DNA of 64,000 nucleotides from Podarcis muralis. Lineage: Eukaryota. Of the stretch, positions 25,173-37,227 are shown piece after piece. The notes below the pieces were generated by a model. It was not told the DNA's origin. It did no database searches and saw nothing but the letters and a program-made list of their open reading frames with translations. Position numbers and translations under genes: made by a program. How positions within the stretch are numbered: the stretch's first letter is position 1; each line of letters opens with the position of its first letter. Location: NCBI RefSeq assembly GCF_964188315.1, contig NC_135667.1, positions 5,828,001 to 5,892,000 on the forward strand. Reading direction: 5' to 3'.

Positions 25173-25882
25173 TCGGCGGAGCTGATTGGGAGAATCAGAA
25201 ACCAGTGTGATAGAGCTTTCCAAAAAGACTGGAGTAAATTTGTACAATATTTGAAGGATAATTGTAAACAATTAACAACACTAGCAGGGTTGATATGGGA
25301 CGCGGGTGGCGCTGTGGGTTAAAGCCTCAGCGCCTAGGACTTGCCGATCGAAAGGTCGGCAGTTCGAATCCCCGCGGCGGGGTGCGCTCCTGTCGTTCGG
25401 TCCCAGCGCCTGCCAACCTAGCAGTTTGAAAGCACCCCCGGGTGCAAGTAGATAAATAGGGACCGCTTACCAGCGGGAAGGTAAACGGCGTTTCCGTGTG
25501 CTGTGCTGGCTCGCCAGATGCAGCTTGTCACGCTGGCCACGTGACCTGGAAGTGTCTGCGGACAGCGCTGGCTCCCGGCCTATAGAGTGAGATGAGTGCA
25601 CAACCCTAGAGTCTGTCAAGACTGGCCCGTATGGGCAGGGGTACCTTTACCTTTACCTTTAGCAGGGTTGATATGAAAAGACCTGTAACAATGATTACTG
25701 CCTTTTTATATTTACTCAAAATTTGTGATAATTGGAATAAGTGAAATGTAAATTGGAAGAGGTACCAATGCTAGGATATAGAAGTGAATTATGAAAATCA
25801 TGAGGCGGGAAGGAGGGAAGTCGATTAGCTCATATGAGCAAAGAGTTAAGGTAACAATAAGGATGTATTTAAATATTATAAA
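25173..25882 (+). mobile_element. 5'-truncated L1 containing a Sauria SINE (25297-25659, TSD tagcagggttgatat)
   Basis: Reads ELIGRIRNQCDRAFQKDWSKFVQYLKDNCKQLTTLAGLI*, homologous to other L1 ORF2 ends in the window; flanked by a ~170-bp direct repeat. Confidence 0.75.
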
Positions 25883-26616
25883 GGCAAATTGATATTTCAT
25901 CCAGCAGAGAGCTTTACTGAAGGCAAATGAGCATAATGGTCACAAATCCAATGCGTTCAGGATTGGCACCGTCCATAAGAAATCCAGTTACAAGAGACTT
26001 TAACTTAAACTTACAATAACTTATAATAAGACTAAAACGCTATATATAGAACACCACACCAGAAGGAAGAGAGACAGAAAGATAAAGTGAAACCCAAGCT
26101 CCTCTCAGCCGTATTATTATCCGTAGTCAGCATGACTTTGACAGAAGAAATAAGGCAGGCATGTTGAACAGGTAGATTGTGATCTGCCGGCAGATCACTG
26201 GACGTTTGTGATAGATCACCAGGGGGTAGATCACTGCCAGTTTTTAACTGTGTGAGTAGATCGCAGTCTCTTGGGAGTTGGCCACCCCTGAAATAAGGGA
26301 ACCAGTTTAAGTCAGCTGTACTCAGCTTCTCTGAAGGAACAACTCAAACATCATGAACCTTCTGCTTGTTTCTTTCACACAGAGAAAAGCTCCCAGTAAC
26401 CCTCTCAAATTAAGCAGAATAGGAAAGATCTCTGCACATCAGATCAAGAAATGCCAGCTGACAATGTGCTGGAGGGAAAGGTGTGGTGCTGCGGTTCCTG
26501 TCTTTGGGGTTTGTTTCAGCAGCACCAGATTGTTGTCTGTCGAGAGAGAGAGAGCAGGGCAAGGAGGGAGTTGGGTCCCCCAGCCGTGGGTGATCTTTGA
26601 AGGATACGGACAGAGC

Positions 26617-29600
26617 ATGAAGTCTGCCGCTTTTGTGACAGGTTGGTGACCTCTCTGCCCTCCTCAGATGGGGGAAACTCGCTTTCTATCTCACATTCAC
26701 ACCATTTCTCACTGCATCTCCACTTTGCTCTGTACTTCCAGCCTGTCTCCAGATCCTTCTTGTGAGATCAACCCACCCAGGTAAAGTTGACTTCCATTCT
26801 TGTTTGTTGTTGTTGTTGTTTAGTCGTTTAGTCGTGTCCGACTCTTCGTGACCCCCTGGACCAGAGCAGGCCAGGCACTCCTGTCTTCCACTGCCTCCCG
26901 CAGTTTGGTCAAACTCATGCTGGTAGCTTCGAGAACACTGTCCCACCATCTCGTCCTCTGTCGTCCCCTTCTCCTTGGGCCCTCCATCCTTCCCAACATC
27001 AGGGTCTTTTCCAGGGAGTCTTCTCTTCTCATGAGGTGGCCAAAGTCTTGGAGCCTCAGCTTCAGGATCTGTCCTTCCAGTGAGCACTCAGGGCTGATTT
27101 CCTTCAGAATGGAGAGGTTTGATCTTCTTGCCGTCCATGGGACTCTCAAGAGTCTCCTCCAGCACCATAATTCAAAAGCATCCATTCTTCGGCGATCAGC
27201 CTTCTTTATGGTCCAGCTCTCACTTCCATACATCACTACTGGGAAAACCATGGCTTTAACTATACGGACCTTTGTTGGCAAGGTGATGTCTCTGCTTTTT
27301 AAGATGCTGTCTAGGTTTGTTATTGCTTTTCTCCCAAGAAGCAGGCATCTTTTAATTTCGTGACTGCTGTCACCATCTGCAGTGATCATGGAGCCCAAGA
27401 AAGTAAAATCTCTCACTGCCTCCATTTCTTCCCCTTCTATTTGCCAGGAGGTGATGGGACCAGTGGCCATGATCTTGGTTTTTTTGATGTTGAGCTTCAG
27501 ACCATATTTTGTGCTCTCCTCTTTCACCCTCATTAAAAGGTTCTTTAATTCCTCCTCACTTTCTGCCATCAAGTTTGTGTCATCTGCATATCTGAGGTTG
27601 TTGATATTTCTTCCGGCAATCTTAATTCCGGCTTGGGATTCATCCAGCCCAGCCTTTCACATGATGAATTCTGCATATAAGTTAAATAAGCAGGGAGACA
27701 ATATACAGCCTTGCTGTACTCCTTTCCCAATTTTGAACCAATCAGTTGTTCCATATCCAGTTCTAACTGTAGCTTCTTGTCCCACATAGAGATTTCTCAG
27801 GAGACAGATGAGGTGATCAGGCACCCCCATTTCTTTAAGAACTTGCCACAGTTCCAAGGGATGTAAGGGTGTCACTTTTTTATTTTAAAAATGTCACACA
27901 CACCCCTTGTTACAAAATTAAATAATTAGACGTACATGGCTAACAAAGAATGGGTCACTAGGAGGGGTATAATACTAAACACATTATTTTTCAGTACACA
28001 ATAATCTGGTGGTTACAGTAAACTAGTATAATGAATTCGTCAGCAAATCAACTTGAGTAAGAGCGAGGTAATGAGTTGTGCTTGCTTACCTGCACTATAC
28101 TGCAATATATGTTGTATTTCTCATCCATGTGTTGTCTCATATGTATATTTAGTAAAATCACACCATGCAGTGTAAAAATTATACTGTTTGTTTCCCTCCT
28201 TTTCCGTTTTTGCGACAGCTTCTCCATTACAGATGTTTGTCAGACTGTGTTATACCGGTGATCAATATTCATTAATTGCAAGTTTCTCCAAGTTCTGGCT
28301 ATTACCATTCTAGCTGCCGTTAATAAATGTGTTATCAATTCCTTCTTCATTGGTCCATACCTGAAGTATATAAATTAAGTGGTCACTGGGGTTGTCTGAG
28401 CTGCTATCTGAGAGATCTCTTTAAAAACTTCCTTCCAAAGTAGTTCTATTTGTAGACATTCCTACCACATATGTTGGTATGTGCGTATAATTTGCACCCT
28501 CCTGCAACATAACGGAGGGCTATTGGGTTTTAAGGGAGGCACCTCAGTGTTAAATACCATCCATGCACAATTTTTAGAGAACTTCCTCAAGTCGCAGATT
28601 CAGGGCCGGATTTAGGTTTGACGAGGCCCTCAGCTACTAAAGGTAATGGGGCCCTTTATATGTCCAGCTGTCCTTTGTCAACAACAAATTGTCACTGTTT
28701 TTGTTGAATATATGCTATATGATAATTTATGGACCTCATAGGTATCTAATGTCTTTTACACATAACAAATAGGAGCCTACGCAACACAAAAGACTGTTGC
28801 TGTATGTAGGTTTTATTTTATTCATTTTTGTTTTTTATTTTGGAGATGTAAATCCTCTATTTTCCACCCACATTCTGATTCAATGTCTTTTTTTGTTGTT
28901 TGATTATCCATATTTTTTACCAGCATCTTGGTTTCCCCTTTCTTTACTTTAAAGCCAACCAATTTTCCAGATCTATTTATCTCTTTTGTCACGCCTAGTA
29001 TGCTCACTCTTGGTCGCTCTAAGTTTAACACAATGTCATCCGCAAATGCTTTTATTTTGTAATTTTGCTGGCCCACTGTTATTCCATGAATTTTATTATT
29101 CATCCTTATATTTTTTCTCCCTTTCTATGTTCCTTTCTATTTTCCACGGCTTGCCTTTTCCCTTTTGGCCACCACATGGCGCCAGAGACACTCCTGTACT
29201 TGACTGCTACTTATGTCTCACATCCCACAAGTAAGACATAGGAAGCGCTTTTCATAGTGTGTGCCTTCAGTTTCCTTCTCAGGGTGTCTTCGTCCTCTGG
29301 GTTTCATGCGCTTGTTTCCTGACTGGCTGGCTTTCCTCTCCTCCTCTGTGATCTCCAGGGATCCCACCTGCAGCAATTCTTTCCTTGGATCCCCAGCACC
29401 ACATCTACATGAAAGGTGAAAAGGTGACTCTCACTTGTTCGGCTCCTGGTGGTTTGAAGGTGGCAGGATACACCTTCTTCAAAGAACAGCAAGATCGGAC
29501 CTTCAAGGAGTTGCCCAATAGTGGAATGGGGCCTTATGAGATGTTCCGTGTCAATGAAGATACTGTTGGGAATTACAGCTGTGTATACTGGATCATGCCC

Positions 29601-32600
29601 TCAAGTGAGGAAATCTTTTCCTCACAGAGCAACCTTGTCTTTGTAGCCATGGCAGGTGAGCATCTTTGCATTTTACTGTTTGGCGTTGTCTCTTTCATTC
29701 GCAACACAAGAGGGAGAGGAGCATTGTGTTCCGAAAGGATTTCAGACTGCCTTGAAGGTAATAAGGTACAGTGGCACCTTGGCTCTCGAACTTAATCCGT
29801 TCCGGAAGTCCGTTCGACTACCAAAACCGTTCGAAAACCAAGGCACGGCTTCCAATTGGCTGCGGGAGCTTCCTGCACTCAATCTGAATCAGCGTCAGAC
29901 ATTTGGCTTCCAAAAAACGTTCACAAACCAGAACACTTACTTCCGGGTTTGTGGCGTTCAGGAGCCAATTTGTTCGTCGACTAAGCCGTTCGAGAACCAA
30001 GGTACCACTGTACAGTGGTGCCTCGGGTTACAGATGCTTCAGGCTACAGACGCTTCATGTTACAAACTCTACTAACCCCGAAATAGTACCTCGGGTTAAG
30101 AACTTTGCTTCAGGATGAGAACAGAACAGAAATCGCTCAGTGGCAGTGGGAGGCCCCATTAGCTAAAGTGGTGCTTCAGGTTAAGAACAGTTTCAGGTTA
30201 AGAACGGACCTCCCGAACGAATTAAGTTCTTAACTAGAGGTAAAGGTAAAGGTAAAGGGACCCCTGACCATTAGGTCCAGTCGTGGCCGACTCTGGGGTT
30301 GTGGCGCTCATCTCACTTTATTGACCGAGGGAGCCGGCGTACAGCTTCTGGGGTCATGGGGCCAGCATGACTAAGCCGCTTTTGGTGAACCAGAGCAGCA
30401 CACAGAAACGCCGTTTACCTTCCCGCCAGAGCGGTACCTATTTATCTACTTGCAATTGGACGTGCTTTCGAACTGCTAGGTTGGCAGGAGCAGGGACTGA
30501 GCAACGGGAGCTCACCCCGTCGTGGGGATTCGAACCGCCGACCTTCTGATCGGCAAGTCTTAGGCTCTGTGGTTTAACCCACAGCGCCACCCGCGTCCCA
30601 TGTCAGTCTCATTCAGGCGCTGACAAATTAGACCGCTTGCTTTACTAAAACCCAAAGTGATTAGCTGTTGTGGTGATAAACCACAAGAGTGAAGTTTTTG
30701 ATGGACAATTTTAATCCAGGCGCTCTTGTGACAATCTTGCAGCCACAGAGCTGGCAATCAACGAAGCAGAATGCCAGCGTCAGAGCCATGGCTTTTCATA
30801 GAGCTGTCCAGCCAAAATAAATGCATTCGCTCTAAAAGCCAAGTGGACCACAGTCTCTTAACCATTGAGCCAAGTCATTGTCCTCAATTGATTGCTTCTC
30901 CTTTGTGAACGATCACTCTAGATCCCCATCCCTCTCCGACACTGATAGTGGATCCTCCACCTGGAGTGGTGAACGAAGGAGACTCGCTAAACCTCACTTG
31001 CCTGGCCAACGAGGGGGAGACTGAGAAAAGATTCACTTTCTACAGGGATGGACTTGCGATAACCTTCAGCGATGAAGGATCTGTGTGGAGCTTCAGAGAA
31101 CCTGGAACTAACTTCTCAAATGCCTCTGTTAGCATCTTGAAAGCCAAGCTCAACCATAGTGGAGAATTTGCTTGCAGCTATGAGGAAGAAGTTAGTGGCC
31201 GGTGGGTGACCTCTTCCAGGAGCCAGACGGTGAAAATCATGGTGAAAGTCCCAGGTGAGTCATCTGGAGAAGGTTAGAGCTCAGTTTAGCAGAAGGATAT
31301 TCCATTTTTCTGTGTTGATTGAAGTATTAAGGGGGAGCCACTGGATGGGCCAGAAAAAGGGGGGAGATTGAGCAAAATATCTGTCATTCCCTGTAACCTG
31401 TAAATGTCATCTATTTTATTTCCTATGCCTTTTGTTGTTGTTTTGTTGTTTCGTTGTGTCCGACTCTTCATGACCCCCTGGATCAGAGCACGCCAGGCCC
31501 TCCTGTCTTCCACTGCCTCCCACAGTTTGGTCAAACTCATGCTGGTAGCTTCGAGAACACTGTCCCACCATCTCGTCCTCTGCTGTCCCCTTCTCCTTGT
31601 GCCCTCCATCTTTCCCAACATCAGGGACTTTCCAGGGAGTCTTCTCTTCTCATGAGGTGGCCAAAGTCTTGGAGCCTCAGCTTCAGGATCCGTCCTTCCA
31701 GTGAGCACTCAGGGCTGATTTCCTTCAGAATGGAGAGGTTTGATCTTCTTGCAGTCCATGGGACTCTCAAGAGTCTCCTCCAGCACCATAATTCAAAAGC
31801 ATCAATTCTTCGGCGATCAGCCTTCTTTATTGGTCCAGCTCTCACTTCCATACATCACCTCAGCCTTATTGTTGGGTAAGAGTGAGCAGTTCATATCTGT
31901 GATGGATTGAAAGGAGAGAGGGGGGGGTGTTATTTGCAGGGCTCAAACATCTCTCCTCTTCAACTTGTCTAGAAAAGTCTGACCCTAGTTACTTGTCCTG
32001 AAAGTTACTCTTCAGAAGTTGAATATTTATTTTGCATGACATTTTCTGCCTGTCTCGCATCCAAGGACAAGGAAGCCTTATTAAAAACACAATAGCCTAA
32101 CCATTTTTCCTTTCTTTTCTCAGATCCTTCTCCACCATCAGGTCCATCGCTGGCATTTGCGTATTTGGCAGTCCCCTTTGTGATTCTGATGATTCTCCTC
32201 ATCTTCTACTGTGGACAGAAAAAGACTGGTAGTTACGTGATGGGTTTTGAGGATACTGTGATGCTTGTGTGAATAATATTGTGTGTGCCTTTTCAGCCTT
32301 TGGCTCTCTTTTTCTCCTCTGTGGAAGCAGTGAAATGCCAGCAGGATTCTGAGCCAGAAGAACAGGAGGAGGAGGAGGAGGAGGAGGAGGAGGAGGAGGA
32401 ACTGCGTGATCTTGAAACAGGGGAGCCCCAAACAGCAGTTTGGCAGGAACACGACCAAGTAAGCGAGGAGATTCATGTGTAATATTAGTTACATCCATGA
32501 AAAACTGCCTAACTATTATGGAATGTGGTGCTACTGCAAGATGCAATGATAGCCTACAAATGAGCAAGCTCGTGGACAGAGATCTCTATTGTGTACTGCC

Positions 32601-33300
32601 TTTAGATGTCTTCTAAAAGTCAGGCAGTTGTTTATTTCCTTGACATCTGGTGGGAGGGCGTTCCACAGGGCAGGTGCCACCACCAAGAAGGCCCTCTGCT
32701 TGGTTCCCTGTAACCTCACTTCTCGCAGGGAGGGAACCACCAGAAGGCCCTCAGAGCTGGACCTCAGTTTCTGGGCAGAATGATGGGGGTGGAGATGCTC
32801 CTTCAGGCCTACTGGGCCTTTGAGGCCATTTAAGGCTTTCAAGGTCAGCAACAACACTTTGAATTGTGCTTGGAAACATACCTGGAGCCAATGATCAAGC
32901 ACTAGGAAGTGGGAGAAAAATTTCCTTCTCTGAGCTCCGGCTATGTAGGGTTGTAGGCCAACAGTAGGACATATGCTCTGCATGTAGAAGGTCTGAGGAT
33001 CAATCCCACCGGCCTCTTCAGGTAAGGCTGTGAAGGACTTAGAAAGCTGCTGCCAACCAGTGTCCACAATACCAGATAAGGTACCCAGGGAGGTTATTTG
33101 CCAGGCCCCTCCTGCTTTCAGTGCTGACCAACGGCACCCTCACATTCCTTCTGTTCCCACAGGACTCAACCATCACCTACGCCACCATCAAATTCTGCTT
33201 TGCTAAGTCTTGCTTAGGAAATGGGCTCCGACTGGTGGAAGAGGAGAAGGTGATGTACAGCGAGGTTCTGTTTCCACCTAAGAACAGAGGAAGAAAGTGA
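26617..33300 (+). CDS. Ig-superfamily inhibitory receptor 'gene A' (LILR/CHIR/FCRL-like; 2 Ig, TM, 2 ITIM; 355 aa)
   Basis: Exons 26617-26641, 26742-26780, 29359-29655, 30922-31254, 32124-32228, 32328-32458, 33163-33300 (1068 nt, phases 1-1-1-1-1-0, open frame). Signal MKSAAFVTACLQILLVRSTHP, two C2-type Ig exons, TM LAFAYLAVPFVILMILLIFYC, tail with ITYATI and VMYSEV; AATAAA at 33595. Confidence 0.85.
26803..27852 (-). mobile_element. BovB LINE, 5'-truncated (intron 2 of gene A)
   Basis: ORF 26820-27572 MAESEEELKNLLMRVKEES...GVTKSRTRLND; (CAA)n tail. Confidence 0.92.
29769..30240. mobile_element. two abutting TA-flanked mariner-type MITEs (29769-30010, 30013-30240)
   Basis: TIRs cagtggcaccttggctctcgaac / gttcgagaaccaaggtaccactg, shared TA, then a cagtggtgcctcggg copy. 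Confidence 0.8.
30241..30599 (-). mobile_element. Sauria SINE, full length
   Basis: (ACCTTT)n tail to gcgtccc head. Confidence 0.88.
31431..31858 (-). mobile_element. BovB LINE 3' fragment
   Basis: IKKADRRRIDAFELWCWRRLLRVPW on minus strand. Confidence 0.88.
32366..32401 (+). repeat. coding (GAG)11GAA microsatellite = 12 Glu in gene A tail
   Basis: Direct count in exon 32328-32458. Confidence 0.9.
32596..32905 (-). mobile_element. L2 LINE 3' fragment
   Basis: FKVLLLTLKALNG...QRAFLVVAPALWNALP on minus strand. Confidence 0.85.
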
Positions 33301-33702
33301 AGACATTGTGGAAAGGAAAGAGATTGTGGAGTTCTGAGTGGCTGCCAAAGGATTCTACATCGCCTGCCAGTTGGTTTATTGCTCTCAGCCAGGGCATGGC
33401 TGAAGGCACAGGAGGTGCCCACCTTGCGGAAGCTAAGCAGGTCCGGGTCTGGTCAGTGTCTGGGTGGGTGACTAGCTGGGAACCACAGATGTGCTGCTGT
33501 GATGATGGAAGAAAGGATGGGATGTAAATTTAAGAAAAGAAAACAAACAAACAAATACGTGTTGGTTCCACAGAAATCAACGCAGCTTCTATTCAATAAA
33601 GACAATTCAATTCTTACAAGTAGAATTCTGATGTGATTAAAGATTTGCAGTGTCATTTACAAACATGGTTGGGAAAGAGAAGAGGGCAGAACCATCTCAA
33701 AA

Positions 33703-34205
33703 TGACAACAAATCCAAAATGCAGCTGCCAGACTGGTGATTGGGAGTGGCCAACGGGACCATATAACACGAGTCCTGCATTGGCTCCCAGGACGTTTCTG
33801 GGCAGAATTCAAAGTGTTGGTGCTGACCTTTAAAGCCCTAAACGGCCTCAAAGGCCCAGTAGACCTGAAGGAGCGTCTCCACCCCCATCGCCCAGCCCAG
33901 ACACTGAGGTCCAGCTCCGAGGGCCTGCTGGCAGTTCCCTTTCTGCAAGAAGTGAGGTTACAGGGAACCAGGCAGAGGGCCTTCTCGGTGGTGGCACCTG
34001 CCCTGTGGAACGTTCTCTCATCAGATGTCAAGGAAATAAAGAACTATATTACTCTTAGACGACATCTGAAGGCAGCCCTGTATTGGGAAGTTTTTAATGT
34101 TTGATGTTTCATTGTGCTTTTATGGTTGTTGGAAGCCGTCCAGAGTGGCTGGGGCAAGCCAGTCAGATGGGCGGGGTACAAATAATAAAATTATTATTAT
34201 TATTA
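33703..34205 (+). mobile_element. L2 LINE 3' fragment with (TTA)n tail
   Basis: RDHITRVLHWLP..F.AEFKVL...ALWN.L. Confidence 0.85.
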
Positions 34206-34668
34206 TTGTGCTTCCTGCATAGTAATACGGTTCTCATGAATATTTATTTTTTAATTTAATTTAATTTGTATGCTACCCCTCAACCGAATTTCTCAGCATG
34301 GTTCACAGATTAAAACCGTAAAGGTCATAATAAGAACAAGAACAAAGCAAAACAATAACCCCCCTCCCAAAAACACATTTAAATAATTGCCTGGCACCTA
34401 AAAATGTATAATGAAGGCGCCAGAAGGAGCCTCCGTGGGGAGAGCATCTCACAAACAGGGAGCCACTGCAGAAAATGTTGCAGATATAAAATTTTGTGCT
34501 GTTTGAAGCAAGTGGTAGCTGAAGAACTGACTCCTTTGGAAATGAAACTTTGTCCAGACCCATGAAAATATTGCTTAAACGTTTACTGGCAGAACTTTAT
34601 TCAAAATAATTAAAACATCCATACAATATCTTGTGTTGACCAGCATAGGCTGAGCAACTTACAAAATA

Positions 34669-34908
34669 CAGTGGTACCTCAGGTTAAGTACTTAATTCGT
34701 TCCGGAGGTCCCTTCTTAACCTGAAACTGTTCTTAACCTGAAGCACCACTTTAGCTAATGGGGCCTGCTGCTGCCGCCACGCCACCAGAGCACGACTTCT
34801 GCTCTCATCCTGAAGCAGTTCTTAACCTGAAGCACTATTTCTGGGTTAGCGGAGTCTGTAACCTGAAGCGTATGTAACCTGAAGCATATGTAACCCAAGG
34901 TACCACTG
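34669..34908. mobile_element. Tc1/mariner-superfamily MITE (cagtggtacc family)
   Basis: TIRs with TA TSD. Confidence 0.85.
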
Positions 34909-34940
34909 TACGAAATAGTCAAAATAGACCTATAAGCAGA

Positions 34941-34981
<41 letters not shown>

Positions 34982-35642
34982 CTCTCTCTCTCTCCTACCA
35001 GCTTTCCAACTCTTGCCAAGCCATTATCACATGGATTGTTCTCTGTTGCGTTCAGAGAAAGACTCCATTTGCATCTTCACTCTGTTGGGTTTGGAAGGCA
35101 AAGACTCAAAGGCAGCTCTGTTCAAAATGGCAGATTTGCAACTCAATACCTTCATCACATGATCAAAGGTTCACTCTCAGTAGAGAGTAGAGAAGCAAAG
35201 AGCAGGTCATCATTAGCTAATTACAGCTCAGAAAACTAATTACAGCTTTAGAAAACAGCATTGGGGAAAACTTCAATGTTACCAATATACATTTAGCCAT
35301 GTTCCATTTTAAACCTTCTTTAATACGTTTACATTTTTCATTGCTGTGTGAATTAAACCATTACGCCTAACAGAAAAGGCCCGTTCTCGTGTTGACACCC
35401 TCCAGACCTCTTGTGGAGGAGGCACACAAACAAGGTCCTCGGTTGATGATCGCAGGGTCTGGATCCCTTCATGTAGGGAGAGGCGGTCGTTGAGGATCTT
35501 ATTCCTGCTTCCTGGTGCTGGAGTTCCCATTCTGCTGATCCTGGTCTCTTCTTTCCCCAAAAGGAATGCCTGGTTGGCCACTGTCAGAAGAAGATGCTGG
35601 GCTAGAAGTCACTTTGGCCAGATTAGCAGGACTCTTCTAACA

Positions 35643-35968
35643 TGTTGTTGTTGTTGTTGTTTAGTCATTTAGTCGTGTCCGCCTCTTCGTGACCCCATGG
35701 ACCAGAGCACGCCAGGCACTCCTGTCTTCCACTGCCTCCTGCAGTTGGTCAAACTCATGCTGGTAGCTTCGAGAACACTGTCCCACCATCTCGTCCTCTG
35801 TCGTCCCCTTCTCCTTGGGCCCTCCATCTTTCCCAACATCAGGGTCTTTTCCAGGGAGTCTTCTCTTCTCATGAGGTGGCCAAAGTCTTGGAGCCTCAGC
35901 TTCAGGATCTGTCCTTCCAGTGAGCGCTCAGGGCTGATTTCCTTCAGAATGGAGAGGTTTGATCTTCT
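35643..35968 (-). mobile_element. BovB LINE 3' fragment
   Basis: MRREDSLEKTLMLGKMEG..RRGRQRTRW on minus strand. Confidence 0.88.
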
Positions 35969-36379
35969 TCCTGAGGCCCCTTTTTGAGTCGACCGCCTGT
36001 GATTGCTGCGTCCTTCCGCTTTCTCATTTCTAGCCTCGTGCTACCGCCTCCTCAAGTGTTTTGGTTACAAAGGAGGCTGAGCATAGGCGCTGCAAGGAGA
36101 GATGTGGTGAGATGGTTGGAACATTGGTTGTTCCACCCAGCAGCTTTTGGTGTCCTCAAGGCCTATGAGCTAAGCTGTGTGCTGCGCTGGTGGCCCAGGT
36201 GCAATGCTTTGTGGTGGCTGGGAGGAAAGGAGGTGATGACGGTTCAGTTCCTGCTCTTGTCTTTGCGTCTGACAGTCTGGCAGAGTCAGGGAGAGACAGC
36301 CCATCCTCTCTTTGAAAGCAGAGAGACAGCGGTGGAGCAGAGGACGCAGCCATTGGCCTTCGAGGGACGCCGGCCGAGC

Positions 36380-37182
36380 ATGAAATTTGCTGCTTTGATA
36401 ACAGGTTTGGGGCCTCTCTCTTGTTATAGACAAAATAGGGGGTTTGGCTTTTGCTGCCCTAGTCGCCAAGGTCGCCTAAGCCCATGATCCGTCAGAGATG
36501 AATGGATGGAGGGAAGACCTTGGTAACCAAAAACTCACTCCTTATCCTTATCCTTCTGGCGGTTCCCTCGCTGCGAGAAGCCAAGTTACAGGGAACCAGG
36601 CAGAGGGCCTTCTCAGTGGTGGTGCCCACCCTGTGGAACGCCCTCCCACCAGATGTCAAAGAGAAAAACAGCTACCAGACTTTTAGAAGACATCTGAAGG
36701 CAGCCTTGTTTAGGGAAGCTGTTAATGTTTAATAATGGGACGCGGGTGGCACTGTGGGTTAAACCACAGAGCCTAGGACTTGCCAATCAGGTCGGCGGTT
36801 CGAATCCCCGTGACGGGGTGAGCTCCCGTTGCTCGGTCCCTGCTCCTGCCCACCTAGCAGTTCGAAAGCACGTCAAAGTGCAAGTAGATAAATAGGTACC
36901 GCTCCCGCGGGAAGGTAAATAGCATTTCCGTGCGCTGCTCTGGTTCGCCAGAAGCGGCTTAGTCATGCTGGCCACATGACCTGGAAGCTGTACGCTGGCT
37001 CCCTCGGCCAATAAAGCGAGATGAGCGCCGCAACACCAGAGTCGGCCACGACTGGACCTAATGGTCAGGGGTCCCTTTACCTTTACCTAATGTTGAATAG
37101 GTTATTGTATTTTAATATTTTGTTGGAAGCCGCCCAGAGTGGCTGGGGAGACCCAGCCAGATGGGTGGGGTATAAATAAATT

Positions 37183-37227
<45 letters not shown>

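Noticed and set aside
32138-32567. Poly-Leu / poly-Pro ORFs on the minus strand
   Set aside because: Antisense readings of the (GAG)n poly-Glu exon.
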